Assembly (NCBI GenBank): GCA_963669175.1
Contig: OY769902.1
Span: 832,001-896,000 of the forward strand
DNA from: a bacterium
GTDB lineage: Bacteria > Electryoneota > Electryoneia > Electryoneales > Electryoneaceae
Length of the DNA: 64,000 nt
Direction: 5' to 3'
Program-made: the position numbers and the translations under genes
In this document: piece after piece, positions 18,645 through 29,599 of the stretch
Position numbering within the stretch: position 1 is the first letter of the stretch
Layout: the number at the start of each line of letters is the position of its first letter
The notes under the pieces: model-generated
Database searches by the model: none
What the model saw: only the letters and a program-made list of their open reading frames with translations
Told to the model about the DNA's origin: nothing

Positions 18645-20089
18645 GCGCCGTGTCCCCCAAGGGCGTCCATCAGTTCCTTTTTCAAGGCTTCGCGAACATT
18701 ATCCAGATCAGACTGTACTTGGTGGTATTGCTTCAACAGTTTGTCGGGATCACCGGGGCCGTCGTCAATCGTGTTCGGGTTCTTGATGTCCAGGTTGTAC
18801 CCGTTGGCCATGATATCTTTGACGGGGACACGCCAGGCCAATTCACTTTCTTCACGGTTGTCCCACCAGTCCTGTTCCGGTTGGAATTCTTCGAACCGAA
18901 TGGGCTTTGTTTTGGAATACGACTTGTATCCGGGTGGGTATGGATGTTCGTAGTACCAGACTTCGGTTGTCGGTTCGCCCTTTGTGAAGAACAGCAGGTT
19001 CGTTTTGATACTGGTGTATGGATTAAAAACGCCGTTCGGCAAACGGACAATCGTATGCAGGTTGCATTCTTTCAGCAGTTTTTCCTTGATCCGTGTCTTG
19101 ATCCCTTCGCCGAACAGGCTGCCATCGGGAAGGACCAGGGCTGCACGTCCGCCCGGTTTCAGCAGGTGCATGATCAAGACAAGAAACAGGTCTGCGGTTT
19201 CCCGTGTCCGGAACGCTGTCGGGAAGTTCGATTCGATGCCGTCTTCTTCCATCCCGCCAAATGGGGGATTGGTCACGATCACATCCACACGGTCTTTCGG
19301 GCCGTAGTCACGCAAGGGACGCGCCAGGGTATTATCCCGTCGGATCTGGTGGGGAACATCTATCTGATGTAGCATCATGTTCGTGATACATAACAGGTGG
19401 GGAAGGGGTTTCTTTTCGACCCCCTGTATCGATGTTTGCAGGATTTCTTCTTCCATCGTTGTATTGACATATCTTGCCCGTTTATGATCTATGACATTGG
19501 CCAAAAAACCGCCTGTGCCACATGCCGGGTCAAGCACTTTTTCAGTCAGTTTTGGATCGACCCGGTCAACGATAAACTTCGTAATTGCACGGGGGGTGTA
19601 GTATTCGCCGGCGTTACCCGCGTTTTGCAAATCCTTCAGGATCTTTTCATAGATTTCATTAAACTGGTGACGATCATCAGATTTATTCAGGTTTATATCT
19701 TCGTTGATCTTGTTGATCACCTGCCGGATCAGCGTACCGTTCTTCATGTAGTTGAACGAATCCTGGAACAGGCTGCGAATCACAACCTTGCGCTTTGAAC
19801 CGTTGAGTTCGATAGTTTTCAGTTTCGGGAACAGGATATTGTTGACGAAGTCGAGCAGTTCATCGCCTGTCCTCCCTTCCGGATTATCCGCCCAGTTGCG
19901 CCAGCGTAGATGATCCGGAAGAGGGGATGTGTACCCGTTTTCCAGCAATTCCCATTCCGATTCTCGCTGGTCAAAAATCTTCAGGAACAGCATCCAGGCA
20001 AGCTGGCTGATCCGTTGTGCGTCCCCATCCACCCCGACATCCTTGCGCATGATGTCCTGGATGGATTTTATGGTTGATCCTATGGCCAT
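18641..20089 (-). CDS. hsdM: Type I RM N6-adenine methyltransferase
   Basis: GEYYTPR, DPACGTGGFL, TNPPFGG. Confidence 0.95.
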   Translation of the reverse strand: MAIGSTIKSIQDIMRKDVGVDGDAQRISQLAWMLFLKIFDQRESEWELLENGYTSPLPDHLRWRNWADNPEGRTGDELLDFVNNILFPKLKTIELNGSKRKVVIRSLFQDSFNYMKNGTLIRQVINKINEDINLNKSDDRHQFNEIYEKILKDLQNAGNAGEYYTPRAITKFIVDRVDPKLTEKVLDPACGTGGFLANVIDHKRARYVNTTMEEEILQTSIQGVEKKPLPHLLCITNMMLHQIDVPHQIRRDNTLARPLRDYGPKDRVDVIVTNPPFGGMEEDGIESNFPTAFRTRETADLFLVLIMHLLKPGGRAALVLPDGSLFGEGIKTRIKEKLLKECNLHTIVRLPNGVFNPYTSIKTNLLFFTKGEPTTEVWYYEHPYPPGYKSYSKTKPIRFEEFQPEQDWWDNREESELAWRVPVKDIMANGYNLDIKNPNTIDDGPGDPDKLLKQYHQVQSDLDNVREALKKELMDALGGHGA

Positions 20090-20113
20090 GTATCGTTCGT
20101 TCCTTGCCGGTTT

Positions 20114-22516
20114 TTATGAAACAGCGGAATATAAAACAGTCTCCAGTTCTTTGATAGCCTCCAGGTATTTTTCCTTTGTCCCGAATGCTTCGATCAATTC
20201 TGTGAGCGTTCCAAGCTTCGATATTGGTTGAACCTGAAGGACTCTTATTTCTTCAATGTTTTCAATCCCTTCATCAGCGTATTTATCAAGCAGGGCTTCC
20301 ATCACAGCCCGTGCTTTTTCGCTGTACTTTCCGAAATAATTCCTCTTTTTGACATTATTCGCCCGTTCCTTACGAGTCAGTGGTGGTTGCCCGAACGCGA
20401 CATGGCAGATCAGGTCGAAAGGTCCATAATCCCGCCCGACTTCATCCGCTAAAGCTTCGAACAGAACCCCCTGTTCTTCCAGTTCCTGGATAATCGCCTG
20501 TTTCTGATCAGCCTGGGACCATTTCTGCAAGAAGTCATCCAGGGAATCGTATTCAGATTCAACTCGCTTACGGGTATAGTCTTTCAGGGATTCGGTTATC
20601 AGTTTGCCGTCGTTGCCGTAATACTGGACACGTTCACCAATGATTTCTACGTCAACATCATCAACGTAGTATTTGACTCTCTTGCCACCAGGTTTTTCAT
20701 CAACCGGATACAATTCTTCCGGTGGAACAGGTTCAACCAGGATTTCTTCAATTTCATCTTCCGGAATGTCAGTGCCATCATCCGATTCATCAATTTCTTC
20801 CGGTTCCGGAGGAACGACAGGTTCATCCTCTTTGGGTTCATAGATCTGGATCGGTGGGCCATCGAATGCGGGATCAGCGAACAGTTCGGTGGCCTTCTTG
20901 AAGTCCATGATGGTGAAGAAGTATTTACCGTAGTCTTCGTTGATCCGTGTCCCACGTCCGATGATCTGTTTGAATTCGGTCATGGAATTGATGGTCTGGT
21001 CAAGGACAATCAGCTTGCAGGTCTGGGCATCCACACCAGTGGACATCAGCTTGGACGTTGTGGTGACAACAGGGTAACGCTGTTCCGGATCGATGAAATT
21101 ATCCAGTTCCAGTTTGCCTTCCGGACTGTCCCCGGTTATGCGCATGACGTATTTGCTGTTCTTCTTCACTTCCGCCTTGTTCAGGTTCACGATTGTGCTT
21201 CGCATCCGTTCTGCATGGTCGATATCTTCACAGAAAATGATGGTTTTGCTGTACGGGTCGGTGTTTTGAAGGAATTCCGTAACTTTGGACGCCACAAGTT
21301 CAGTACGTTTTTCCAGCACCAGCTTCCGGTCAAAGTCTTTCTGGTTGTAGATCCGGTCTTCGATTTCGTGGCCGTGTTTATCCCGTTTGCCAGCTTCTGG
21401 TCGCCAGCCTTCGATATCCTTATCGATATCTATCCTGACAACCTTGTACGGTGCCAGGAAGCCGTCTTCGATGCCTTCTTTCAGCGAATAGGTATAAATG
21501 GGGTCACCGAAATAATGGATGTTGGATACGTGTTTCGTTTCTTTCGGTGTGGCGGTCAATCCCAGGTGTGTCGCGGATTTGAAGTATTCCAGGATCTGAC
21601 GCCAGCTTGATTCCGCATCTGCACTGCCACGGTGGCATTCATCGATCACGATTAAGTCGAAGAAGTCGGGGGAAAACTGCCGGTACACATTCATCACATC
21701 TTCATGGCCTGTAATTGCCTGGTACAGCGATAGATAGATTTCATAGGATTTATCCACCTTGCGATTCTTGATCCGTGTCATCGCCGAACCGAAGGGCTTG
21801 AAATCATTGACTCGGGTTTGCTTGATCAGCACATCACGATCCGCCAGAAACAGGATACGTTTCTTCATACCGGCTTTCCACAAACGCCATATAATCTGGA
21901 AGGCGGTGAAGGTTTTCCCTGTACCTGTTGCCATTACCATCAGAACACGGTCCTGCCCCTTGGCGATAGCTTCGACGGTTCGATTGATGGCGTTAATCTG
22001 GTAATACCTGGGTGTTTTTCCGCTGTCATCAGCGTAATAGGGTTGAGTGACGATGGGCTCCGACTTGGAATCAAGTTCCTTATCTGCACGGTATTTCTGC
22101 CATAACGCTTCCGGGGAGGGGAACTGGTCAAGCGCAAGTTCCTGTTCGACAGGCCCCGAAGAAGCGGTCTTATCGTGGGATTGAAAACCGTCACCATTGG
22201 AACTGAATACGAATGGCACATCCAGCGATTCCGAATAGTCCAAGGCTTGCTGCATTCCAGCGCTAATGCTGTGGTTGTTGTCCTTTGCTTCAATGACGGC
22301 AATCGGGATGTTGGGCTTGTAGAACAGGATGTAGTCAGCGCGTTTCTTTTTGCTGCGGGCAACCAGTTCACCACGAACGATGATTCGTCCAGCGGTAAAG
22401 GTCACTTCCTCACGGACTTGTGACTGGATATCCCATCCCGCATCCTTGATGGCCGGGGTGATGAATTTCGTGCAGATATCACGTTCACTAAGTGACTTCT
22501 TATTAATAACCTCCAA
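20114..22516 (-). CDS. hsdR: Type I RM restriction subunit (EcoAI-like)
   Basis: ADYIL...IEAK nuclease motif, [23 protein letters not shown]. Start reassigned to TTG 22516 behind AGGAGG. Confidence 0.93.
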   Translation of the reverse strand: MEVINKKSLSERDICTKFITPAIKDAGWDIQSQVREEVTFTAGRIIVRGELVARSKKKRADYILFYKPNIPIAVIEAKDNNHSISAGMQQALDYSESLDVPFVFSSNGDGFQSHDKTASSGPVEQELALDQFPSPEALWQKYRADKELDSKSEPIVTQPYYADDSGKTPRYYQINAINRTVEAIAKGQDRVLMVMATGTGKTFTAFQIIWRLWKAGMKKRILFLADRDVLIKQTRVNDFKPFGSAMTRIKNRKVDKSYEIYLSLYQAITGHEDVMNVYRQFSPDFFDLIVIDECHRGSADAESSWRQILEYFKSATHLGLTATPKETKHVSNIHYFGDPIYTYSLKEGIEDGFLAPYKVVRIDIDKDIEGWRPEAGKRDKHGHEIEDRIYNQKDFDRKLVLEKRTELVASKVTEFLQNTDPYSKTIIFCEDIDHAERMRSTIVNLNKAEVKKNSKYVMRITGDSPEGKLELDNFIDPEQRYPVVTTTSKLMSTGVDAQTCKLIVLDQTINSMTEFKQIIGRGTRINEDYGKYFFTIMDFKKATELFADPAFDGPPIQIYEPKEDEPVVPPEPEEIDESDDGTDIPEDEIEEILVEPVPPEELYPVDEKPGGKRVKYYVDDVDVEIIGERVQYYGNDGKLITESLKDYTRKRVESEYDSLDDFLQKWSQADQKQAIIQELEEQGVLFEALADEVGRDYGPFDLICHVAFGQPPLTRKERANNVKKRNYFGKYSEKARAVMEALLDKYADEGIENIEEIRVLQVQPISKLGTLTELIEAFGTKEKYLEAIKELETVLYSAVS

Positions 22517-22691
22517 TAGAATCCTCCTATTGTAGAAGCTTTGCAGCAGAATTTTATACTGAATCCTCTGTGTTACACAGAGATTGATATAATAAGAAAT
22601 AGATTCTGCGTGGTCAAACAAAGCGAAATCATATTGACGAAAAAAGCTTCCAACAACAATGCTGGAAGCCTTAACACACTTGAATCCCAAA

Positions 22692-22739
22692 TGGTAGCGC
22701 GTACGGGAATCGAACCCGTGTTTCCGGCGTGAGAGGCCA
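22692..22739 (-). repeat. att site: 48-bp duplicate of the tRNA-Glu 3' portion
   Basis: Identical to 29933-29980. Confidence 0.95.
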
Positions 22740-22868
22740 CAAACTACCCTTTTCACTGAACTTACTTCGCTGTTTTGGGCGGTCCCTTAACACTAGTGAT
22801 AGAAAGCTGTTCAACGGGTTGAACCACTCCTTGACTTCCCTTCGCTTACCTAGTTATATAGTCTGACA

Positions 22869-22891
22869 GGTGGGGACAATGGTGGGGAAGC
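22869..22891 (+). promoter_or_regulatory. Putative integrase arm-type binding repeats
   Basis: GGTGGGGAcaatGGTGGGGAAGC, with a matching pair GGTGGGGAatatGGTGGGGAAGC at 29851-29873. Confidence 0.65.
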
Positions 22892-22926
22892 TGTTCTATC
22901 ACCCCGATACGAAACAGGAGGTTGTC

Positions 22927-24090
22927 ATGGCGGCCAAGTACAAACGGCAAAAGACACAATATCCCGGCGTGTTCTATCACGTCATGCCCAGGACCGGGCA
23001 CAAAGAGGACGAGAAGGTTTACTACATTCGATTTAAGCGTGACGGAAAGCAATATGAGGAACGTGTTGGCGGTCAACATAGCAACGATATGACACCACAA
23101 CGCGCAAACAATATTCGCGCCGAACGAATTGAGGGAAAACGTGAATCCAGGTTAGAGCGGCAAAAACGTGAAACTGAAGCGCGTGAAGCTGAACATAACG
23201 CCTGGACAGTGGCGAAGATTTGGGAATACTACAAGGAGATTCGGGGCGAGTGGAACAAATCACTTGCTACAGATGGCTACCGGTATGAATCCTATATCGC
23301 TTCAAGCTTTGGCAAGGAACAACCCAAGGCGATCAAGCCAGTTGACGTTGACCGGTGGCGTATGGATCTAGAAAAGCGCAATCTGTCGCCTCAGACGGTT
23401 CGCCATATCATGGCACTATTGAAACGAATCCTGAACTTCGCGAAGAACCGTGTTCTGTGCGAAACCCCAGACTTCGCCTTCGATATGCCTCAGGTTGATA
23501 ACATCAAAGACGATGCGCTCGATGCCGAACAGATTGATACGCTTGCAAAGGTACTGGATGAGGAAGAAAAACGTGGAGGCCCGTATAAACGTTTTGCTGG
23601 TATGATGCGGCTGGCACTGTTTACGGGAATGCGGCGAGGCGAGATAACAAACTTGAAATGGGAAGATATTGACTGGCGGAACAACCTAATCGCAATTCGG
23701 AACCCCAAGGGTGGGAAAGATCAATTCATTCCATTGACCAATCTCTCGATCCCCGTACTCAAGGCACAGAAGCTCACCAAGAGTTCATACGTGTTCCCCG
23801 GTAAAGATGGACAGCGCCTGAAAAATACCTCAAAGCTATCCCGCGCAATATTTGATAAAGCCAAGTTACCGAAAGACTATCGACCCTTTCACAGTCTTCG
23901 CCACACTTTCGCAACCGTGCTCGCCAGTTCTGGCAAGGTCGATATGTACTCTCTCCAGCGTTTGCTAACGCATAAATCACCTATCATGACTCAACGATAT
24001 GCAAAGCTACACGATGAAGCTCTCAGGCGAAGTGCAGACGTGGCAACCAGTATCTTTGGTGGACATATCACCGGCGAAAAAGAAATTTGA
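22927..24090 (+). CDS. Tyrosine recombinase (phage-type integrase)
   Basis: TGMRRGE, K in NPKGG, FHSLRH, LTHKS, TQRYA. Start at ATG 22927 after CAGGAGG. Confidence 0.95.
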   Translation: MAAKYKRQKTQYPGVFYHVMPRTGHKEDEKVYYIRFKRDGKQYEERVGGQHSNDMTPQRANNIRAERIEGKRESRLERQKRETEAREAEHNAWTVAKIWEYYKEIRGEWNKSLATDGYRYESYIASSFGKEQPKAIKPVDVDRWRMDLEKRNLSPQTVRHIMALLKRILNFAKNRVLCETPDFAFDMPQVDNIKDDALDAEQIDTLAKVLDEEEKRGGPYKRFAGMMRLALFTGMRRGEITNLKWEDIDWRNNLIAIRNPKGGKDQFIPLTNLSIPVLKAQKLTKSSYVFPGKDGQRLKNTSKLSRAIFDKAKLPKDYRPFHSLRHTFATVLASSGKVDMYSLQRLLTHKSPIMTQRYAKLHDEALRRSADVATSIFGGHITGEKEI

Positions 24091-24367
24091 CTCTCCAAAT
24101 ATTAGGATACTCTGAAGTTTCTTCGTGTTGTTAAGTTATTACTATCATGCCTTTTACAACCAATTCCTACCTGGTTTATTATCTTTTTTTCCTCCCAAGG
24201 TTTGTAAAGAAAGAAATTGTAGTATTTCTTTGGAAGCACATCAAGGAGCAGGTACAAGTCAGAGCCTCTCGGTTTACCAATCAATTGCCGGGAGCATCAC
24301 CTACATAAGGAGAGGAAAGATGCTTAGTTCAGAGTCAACGACAACCCAACCGAAAGGGACCAAACCG

Positions 24368-24562
24368 ATGTACCTCACTGAGCACCAAGTAGCTGAAATG
24401 ACGGGGTTTGCCCTCCAGACGCTACGCAACTGGCGATTCCGGGGCGAAGGGCCGCGATACCTCAAGGTCGCAAAGCGGTCAATTCGATACCTGGAATCAG
24501 ATGTGAACGAGTTTATGCAACGCAACCTGATTGAAACCGAGGAGGTCGCGAATGCTGCGTAA
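24368..24562 (+). CDS. AlpA/excisionase-like HTH protein
   Basis: YLTEHQVAEMTG...TLRNWR..GEGPRYLK...IRY (HTH_17/AlpA pattern). Confidence 0.85.
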   Translation: MYLTEHQVAEMTGFALQTLRNWRFRGEGPRYLKVAKRSIRYLESDVNEFMQRNLIETEEVANAA

Positions 24563-24720
24563 GGAAGAAAACAAAGAAGCCCCCCGTGGAACCGAGGGGC
24601 CAACACTTGTAAATGAACCGGGCTGCAACCCGGTTATACTCCAAACTCAAAGGAAACATAAGATCATGAAAACCAGAAATCAAGAGCGAATGAGTCAACT
24701 GTTCGCCAAGGAGGCGCTCA

Positions 24721-27060
24721 ATGTCTGATACGCCTCTTAACATCGTTCTTCAAACACTCCACCAACACGGCTCACCCGCACAGCAGAAAACCGGATACTG
24801 GCTGGCTCGGTGTCCAGCCCATGACGACAGCAACCCCTCGCTATCTATTAGCGAAGGGGACCAGGGCCAAGTCCTGCTCAAGTGTCATGCGGGATGCGGT
24901 ACGGAAGACATTGTATCGGCCCTTGGGCTTTCCATGGGGGATCTCTTCCCCAAGGACACCCCACCACCTGCGCGGAAGAAGCAACAGAATCCCAAACAAC
25001 AGCCCAAGATCGTTAAAGAGTACAACTACCAAGACGAGAATGGTGAGCTGCTGTACCAGGTGGTGCGATACAAACCGAAGGGTTTCAAGCAGCGTAGACC
25101 AAACCCAGAGCGGCACGGGAAATGGATATGGAGTTTAGACGATGTTGTTCGTGTTCCCTATCGTCTACCTGAGCTTTTGGCTTCGGATTTGGCGATTATT
25201 GTCGAGGGCGAAAAAGACGCAGACCGGCTCGCCCATGCCGGTTTCACCGGAGCAACCACCTTCCCAATGGGAGCGGGTAATTGGCGGCCCGAATACACGC
25301 AGCACTTCACGGGTAAAGACGTTGTGATATTACCCGATGCAGACACATCGGGCAAAGAACACGGCTCGAAGGTCGCCGGGAATCTGCACGGTGTTGCGAA
25401 GCGTGTTCGCTTGCTGGAGCCTTTCTCCAACGCAAAGGACGTAAGCGACTGGTTAGACTCAGGCGGAACGGTGGAGCAGCTACGGAAGCTAATGGACATT
25501 TGTCCAACATACTCTCCCGAGAACCCACCAGAATGGGCCGTAGGGACGAAAAAGGAGCCCTCTTCCACACCTACTTTCAACATACCAAAACTCGAAGAGG
25601 CGCTCAAAACCAATGAAGTTGGTAACGCCGAACTATTAGTGAAGCGTCACAAGCACGAGCTGCGATTCGAACCCAACCTGAACAGGTGGTACAGGTGGAC
25701 AGGACGGCAGTGGAAGCAAACTCCTAAGATTGCTATAAAGGGATTAGCCCGTGAAGTAATCATGCAGGAGTTGCCAACAGAAGTAAAACAGGCTGGCAAC
25801 GATTTAGATCGGTTTCAGACCTGTTTGAGACACTTCCAAGTCTCAGCACGTGATAAGCAATTCGATGCTATGGTTCGGATTGCAGAATCGTACTCAGAAT
25901 TGTGGGTTGACGCTAGCGACTTCGATGCGGAGCCTTGGTTGTTCAACGTACAAAATGGAGTCCTTGATCTTCGCACCGGCGAACTACTTCCGCACTCGTC
26001 GGACAGACTGATCATGAAGATTGCTCCTGTCACCTGGCAAGGGCTGGAGGTCACGTCTGCTCTCTGGGAGAGTTTCCTCGAGCGGTTGTGCGGGAGTGAA
26101 AACGGCTCAAGTGAGGATAGCGTGGAGCGTCTAAAAGACTATCTACAGAGCGTTGCCGGTTATCTGTTGTTTGGAGGCAACCCGGCGGAGAAGTTCTTTC
26201 TTATACACGGCCCCAAGCGGTCCGGCAAGTCTACGTTTCTGGCCGCTCTATTCAGCGCAATGGGCGATGCTAAGCTAGACGGGTACGCCAACGCCTCGAA
26301 TGCGGAGACTTTCCTGCAATCGGGAGACCGAGGCGACGGTAGCAAACCCAGGTCCGATCTCATGGCTTTCATGGGAGCAAGGTTTGTCTTTGCCAGCGAG
26401 TTTCCAGAATACCGGCGATTCGATTCGGCTAAGATGAAAATGTGGAGCGGCGGTGATCCAATCACAGCAAGGGCTCCATACAACAAGTGCGAGACCACAT
26501 TCAAACCGATGTTCACGATTGCGATTGCTACGAACGATCTACCGACACTTGAACGGACAGACGCGGCGCTATGGGATAGGGCGATACCTCTACCTTTCCC
26601 ATATTCCATACCAGAGGGGCAGCGAGACCCCAACGTGAAGGAGGCGCTCTCAGACCCTGAACAGCACGGCGCGGCTATCCTGGCTTGGGCTGTTAGAGGG
26701 TTACTGGTATATCGTGACAACGGAAACCAGCTTCCATCTTTGCCGCCCGAAGTATTGCGAAGCAAAGAAGACTTGTTCGCCGAGCAAGACCCGCTCCGTG
26801 AATTCATTGAGGAGTGTTGTGAGCTTCAGCACGATGCTTGGGTAAGCCGTACCCTGTTGCGGAGAGCTTACGTGGACTATGCTTCTGAGGTTGGTGATCA
26901 CCCTATTGGCAATCGAAAGTTTTCTGACCTGATCCTTGCACGTGATGACATCACGCGCACTCAGAAACGTGACGGTGATAAACGTGTTTGGGGGTATGAG
27001 GGGATTCGACTTGCTCGAGACGTGACACAAAACATTGTTAAACTGAAAGAGGTTGCCTAA
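24721..27060 (+). CDS. P4-alpha-like primase-helicase (Zn finger, TOPRIM, D5_N, SF3 helicase)
   Basis: CPAHDD...CHAGC, VEGEKD, LPDAD, NVQNGVLDL, GPKRSGKST, IATNDLP. Confidence 0.92.
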   Translation: MSDTPLNIVLQTLHQHGSPAQQKTGYWLARCPAHDDSNPSLSISEGDQGQVLLKCHAGCGTEDIVSALGLSMGDLFPKDTPPPARKKQQNPKQQPKIVKEYNYQDENGELLYQVVRYKPKGFKQRRPNPERHGKWIWSLDDVVRVPYRLPELLASDLAIIVEGEKDADRLAHAGFTGATTFPMGAGNWRPEYTQHFTGKDVVILPDADTSGKEHGSKVAGNLHGVAKRVRLLEPFSNAKDVSDWLDSGGTVEQLRKLMDICPTYSPENPPEWAVGTKKEPSSTPTFNIPKLEEALKTNEVGNAELLVKRHKHELRFEPNLNRWYRWTGRQWKQTPKIAIKGLAREVIMQELPTEVKQAGNDLDRFQTCLRHFQVSARDKQFDAMVRIAESYSELWVDASDFDAEPWLFNVQNGVLDLRTGELLPHSSDRLIMKIAPVTWQGLEVTSALWESFLERLCGSENGSSEDSVERLKDYLQSVAGYLLFGGNPAEKFFLIHGPKRSGKSTFLAALFSAMGDAKLDGYANASNAETFLQSGDRGDGSKPRSDLMAFMGARFVFASEFPEYRRFDSAKMKMWSGGDPITARAPYNKCETTFKPMFTIAIATNDLPTLERTDAALWDRAIPLPFPYSIPEGQRDPNVKEALSDPEQHGAAILAWAVRGLLVYRDNGNQLPSLPPEVLRSKEDLFAEQDPLREFIEECCELQHDAWVSRTLLRRAYVDYASEVGDHPIGNRKFSDLILARDDITRTQKRDGDKRVWGYEGIRLARDVTQNIVKLKEVA

Positions 27061-27067
27061 GAGATTT

Positions 27068-27174
27068 TGTCACCGTTGTCACCACAATATAGCCCAAATT
27101 GTAACAACCTCTCACGAATACGGATATGAAAAGAGTTTTGAAAAAACACGGTTATTACGGTGACAGCGGTGACA
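27068..27174. promoter_or_regulatory. Putative replication-origin iterons
   Basis: TGTCACC at 27068 and 27077, and inverted GGTGACA at 27159 and 27168, around an AT-rich spacer just after the primase gene. Confidence 0.55.
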
Positions 27175-27392
27175 CTTCACGTAAACACTCACGTACAGTA
27201 TTTGAGCGGCGAGCCAGAGATGAAGCCTCTAAGGTATTTTTTCACATTCACGTAAATCGCTGCATTGCGCCGTCAAACCTACGATTGAGCGATGCGAGCC
27301 ATGTGATTCTAATGTGTCACATTTAGGTGCTCATCTCTATACTACCGGGTTCGGCGGAAAAAACAGGATTGATTGCGTAGAAAGGAAACGAA

Positions 27393-27731
27393 ATGCTCGA
27401 TAAGGAAAACCTCGTGATAGCGAAGTTCGAAGAGTTATACGAGTTGGTATATGGTACTGCGGTCGATTGGCTCGACCGTACCGAGGATGAGAAGCTCGGA
27501 CACATTATGAAAATTATGACGGTCAACAAAGTGTGTCCAAAGTGTGGAGGCGAGCTTCGAAAAGTAAGCGGACAGTACGGTCTATTCTACGGGTGCTCGT
27601 GTTATCCAGATTGCGACTATCGGGAGTCCATTAAGGCAGCAGGCGACAAAGAGGCAAAGCGCCAAGTCCAGTTGGCCGTAGCAGAAACGTTTGACAGGAT
27701 GGCCCACTATGCGAGATCGGGTTTATCCTAG
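27393..27731 (+). CDS. Small protein with topoisomerase-type C4 zinc ribbon
   Basis: CPKCGG...GQYGLFYGCSCYPDC. Confidence 0.75.
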   Translation: MLDKENLVIAKFEELYELVYGTAVDWLDRTEDEKLGHIMKIMTVNKVCPKCGGELRKVSGQYGLFYGCSCYPDCDYRESIKAAGDKEAKRQVQLAVAETFDRMAHYARSGLS

Positions 27732-27800
27732 CGATATTTGAGGTACATCGTCAGGTTCGCCCGGAACTTTCCGAAGGTCTGGAAAATTCAACCTCAACAT

Positions 27801-27847
27801 TCCCCGCTCGTTACCATAGCATTAGTAAACGAGTGGGGATTTCTTTT
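27801..27847 (+). terminator. Putative intrinsic terminator
   Basis: tccccgctcgtt/aacgagtgggga stem followed by a T-rich tail. Confidence 0.55.
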
Positions 27848-27915
27848 GACTTCTGGTGTGATAGCACATATCTTGCATATTAGCCTATGAACACCGATTA
27901 GCCTTGGGGGACACG

Positions 27916-28584
27916 ATGAACAAGACCTTCCTTGCTTTTCCTCTATTCCTGATCCTTGCTCTGTCTTTCGGTTGTGACAGTGATGATGATAACGGGGTTG
28001 GTAACGATGGCGGTAATGATGAGCCAGAAGCTCCAGTTGCCGAAGAGGTGGCGGACCTGTTTCCGCTTGGGGACGGGTTGTCTTGGGTCTACTTGTATCC
28101 TGGTGATAATGACACCACTATCGAGGTAAGAAGCTACGATACAGGTGAGCGGTACGACGGTGAGATACTGTATCGAATGGGTTCGTTTCATGAGAGTTCT
28201 GGGATGTGGGGCGGTAATACCTACTCTGTGACGAACGATAGTGTGCGTATGTATGTTTGGGACGAACAGCGTGGCGACTATATAACGATGCCTGACTTCT
28301 ATAGCTTCCCCTGGGCACAACAAGGTGCTGTTATAGACAACGATGGAAGCAACTTCTGTTGGCGTGTATGGGCCTCTGACAGTACGATGACCGTACCCGC
28401 CGGTACGTTTGAGCATTGCTACGTTGTACGCTATGGAAGATATGACAACACTGATCCTCGGGGGCGTTACTACAAGGCATACGCGCCGGAGATTGGGTTG
28501 ATTAAATGGTGGTTTGACGATGCGACACGGTACAATCGAGAATTGATTTCGTTTGGTGAAGTTTCCGAGGGGTTGGAAAATTGA
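27916..28584 (+). CDS. Hypothetical lipoprotein
   Basis: Signal peptide ending in lipobox SFGC. TVPAGTF..C and YAPEIGLIK motifs seen in beta-rich secreted proteins. Confidence 0.75.
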   Translation: MNKTFLAFPLFLILALSFGCDSDDDNGVGNDGGNDEPEAPVAEEVADLFPLGDGLSWVYLYPGDNDTTIEVRSYDTGERYDGEILYRMGSFHESSGMWGGNTYSVTNDSVRMYVWDEQRGDYITMPDFYSFPWAQQGAVIDNDGSNFCWRVWASDSTMTVPAGTFEHCYVVRYGRYDNTDPRGRYYKAYAPEIGLIKWWFDDATRYNRELISFGEVSEGLEN

Positions 28585-28693
28585 TACGGACATTCAGCTA
28601 CAGATGTACACTATGTGGGCGACAGAGGATTTGGTGCTTCATAAATTTATACTACAATTGCAGTGGGACGTGAGATTTTAAAGGAGTCTGACG

Positions 28694-29599
28694 ATGAGGA
28701 AAATGCTGTTTTTTGTTTTAATGACAATAGCAAGTGTGGTGAATATTGTACATTCACAAGAAATTGATGAATTGGATAAAGGAATCCTTTATTACAACAT
28801 GGGACTAGATACTTTGGCTTACAAAAAACTATTGCCACTTGCAGAAGATGGTAATGCTGTTGCACAATACTATGTTGCGACTATCTACCTTCATGACACT
28901 TTAGATATTAGTGATGAACAGAAGGCAATTTATTGGTATCATCAAGCAGCGGGAAATAACCATACTACTGCACAATATAATCTCGCTATCTTTTATACGC
29001 AAGGCAAACACGTTAATCAAGACTTTACTAAAGCACTTTATTGGGCAATAAAAGCGTCTGATAATGGTGATTCTGATGCACAATACCTGGTAGGGTTGTT
29101 GTATGGTATGAAAACCGACAGTTCAAAGTCTTATGAATATTTTAAGCTTTCCGCTGAAGGAGGCCATGCTGATGCGCAGTATCGTTTAGGTTCATATTAT
29201 GAGTCAGGTATAGGAGTTGAAGCTGACAATATTAAAGCATTAGAATGGTATCAAAAATCTGCTGACCAAGGAAACGTGGAAGCAAGCTATTGTTTAGGTC
29301 GATTTTACTTTACAGGTATTGGGGTTCCTCAAGATTTCATGCAAGCAGTAAAATGGTTTGAAATAGCTGCCGAACGCGGAGATAAAGATGCACAATTTGC
29401 ATTAGGAGGTATCTATAAATATGGCTTTGGAGTTGAACAAGATAGAACAATAGCATATATGTGGTTGAATTTAGCAGCCGCGCAAGGACATGGAGAGGCT
29501 ATTGAGGAGCGTCAGGAACTATTATTAAGGATGACAAACGAGGAAATCATTGAGGCTCAGCGTCTCTCCCGTGAATGGAAAGTGGAAACGGAAGACTGA
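28694..29599 (+). CDS. Secreted Sel1-repeat protein
   Basis: Repeated AQYxLGxxY...A..WY..SA.QG units. Signal peptide. Low GC. Confidence 0.9.
   Translation: MRKMLFFVLMTIASVVNIVHSQEIDELDKGILYYNMGLDTLAYKKLLPLAEDGNAVAQYYVATIYLHDTLDISDEQKAIYWYHQAAGNNHTTAQYNLAIFYTQGKHVNQDFTKALYWAIKASDNGDSDAQYLVGLLYGMKTDSSKSYEYFKLSAEGGHADAQYRLGSYYESGIGVEADNIKALEWYQKSADQGNVEASYCLGRFYFTGIGVPQDFMQAVKWFEIAAERGDKDAQFALGGIYKYGFGVEQDRTIAYMWLNLAAAQGHGEAIEERQELLLRMTNEEIIEAQRLSREWKVETED

Noticed and set aside
22692-22739. Second tRNA-Glu gene
   Set aside because: Only the 3' 48 nt are present, so it is the att duplicate.
22517-22756. 80-aa N-terminal extension of HsdR in the ORF track, and an apparent ATT start at INKKSL
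   Set aside because: The extension runs through the tRNA-derived att site. A TTG at 22516 with AGGAGG 6 nt upstream is a normal start.
24552-24728. Small ORF between AlpA and primase genes
   Set aside because: Plausibly coupled to both neighbours, but too short and motif-free to support.
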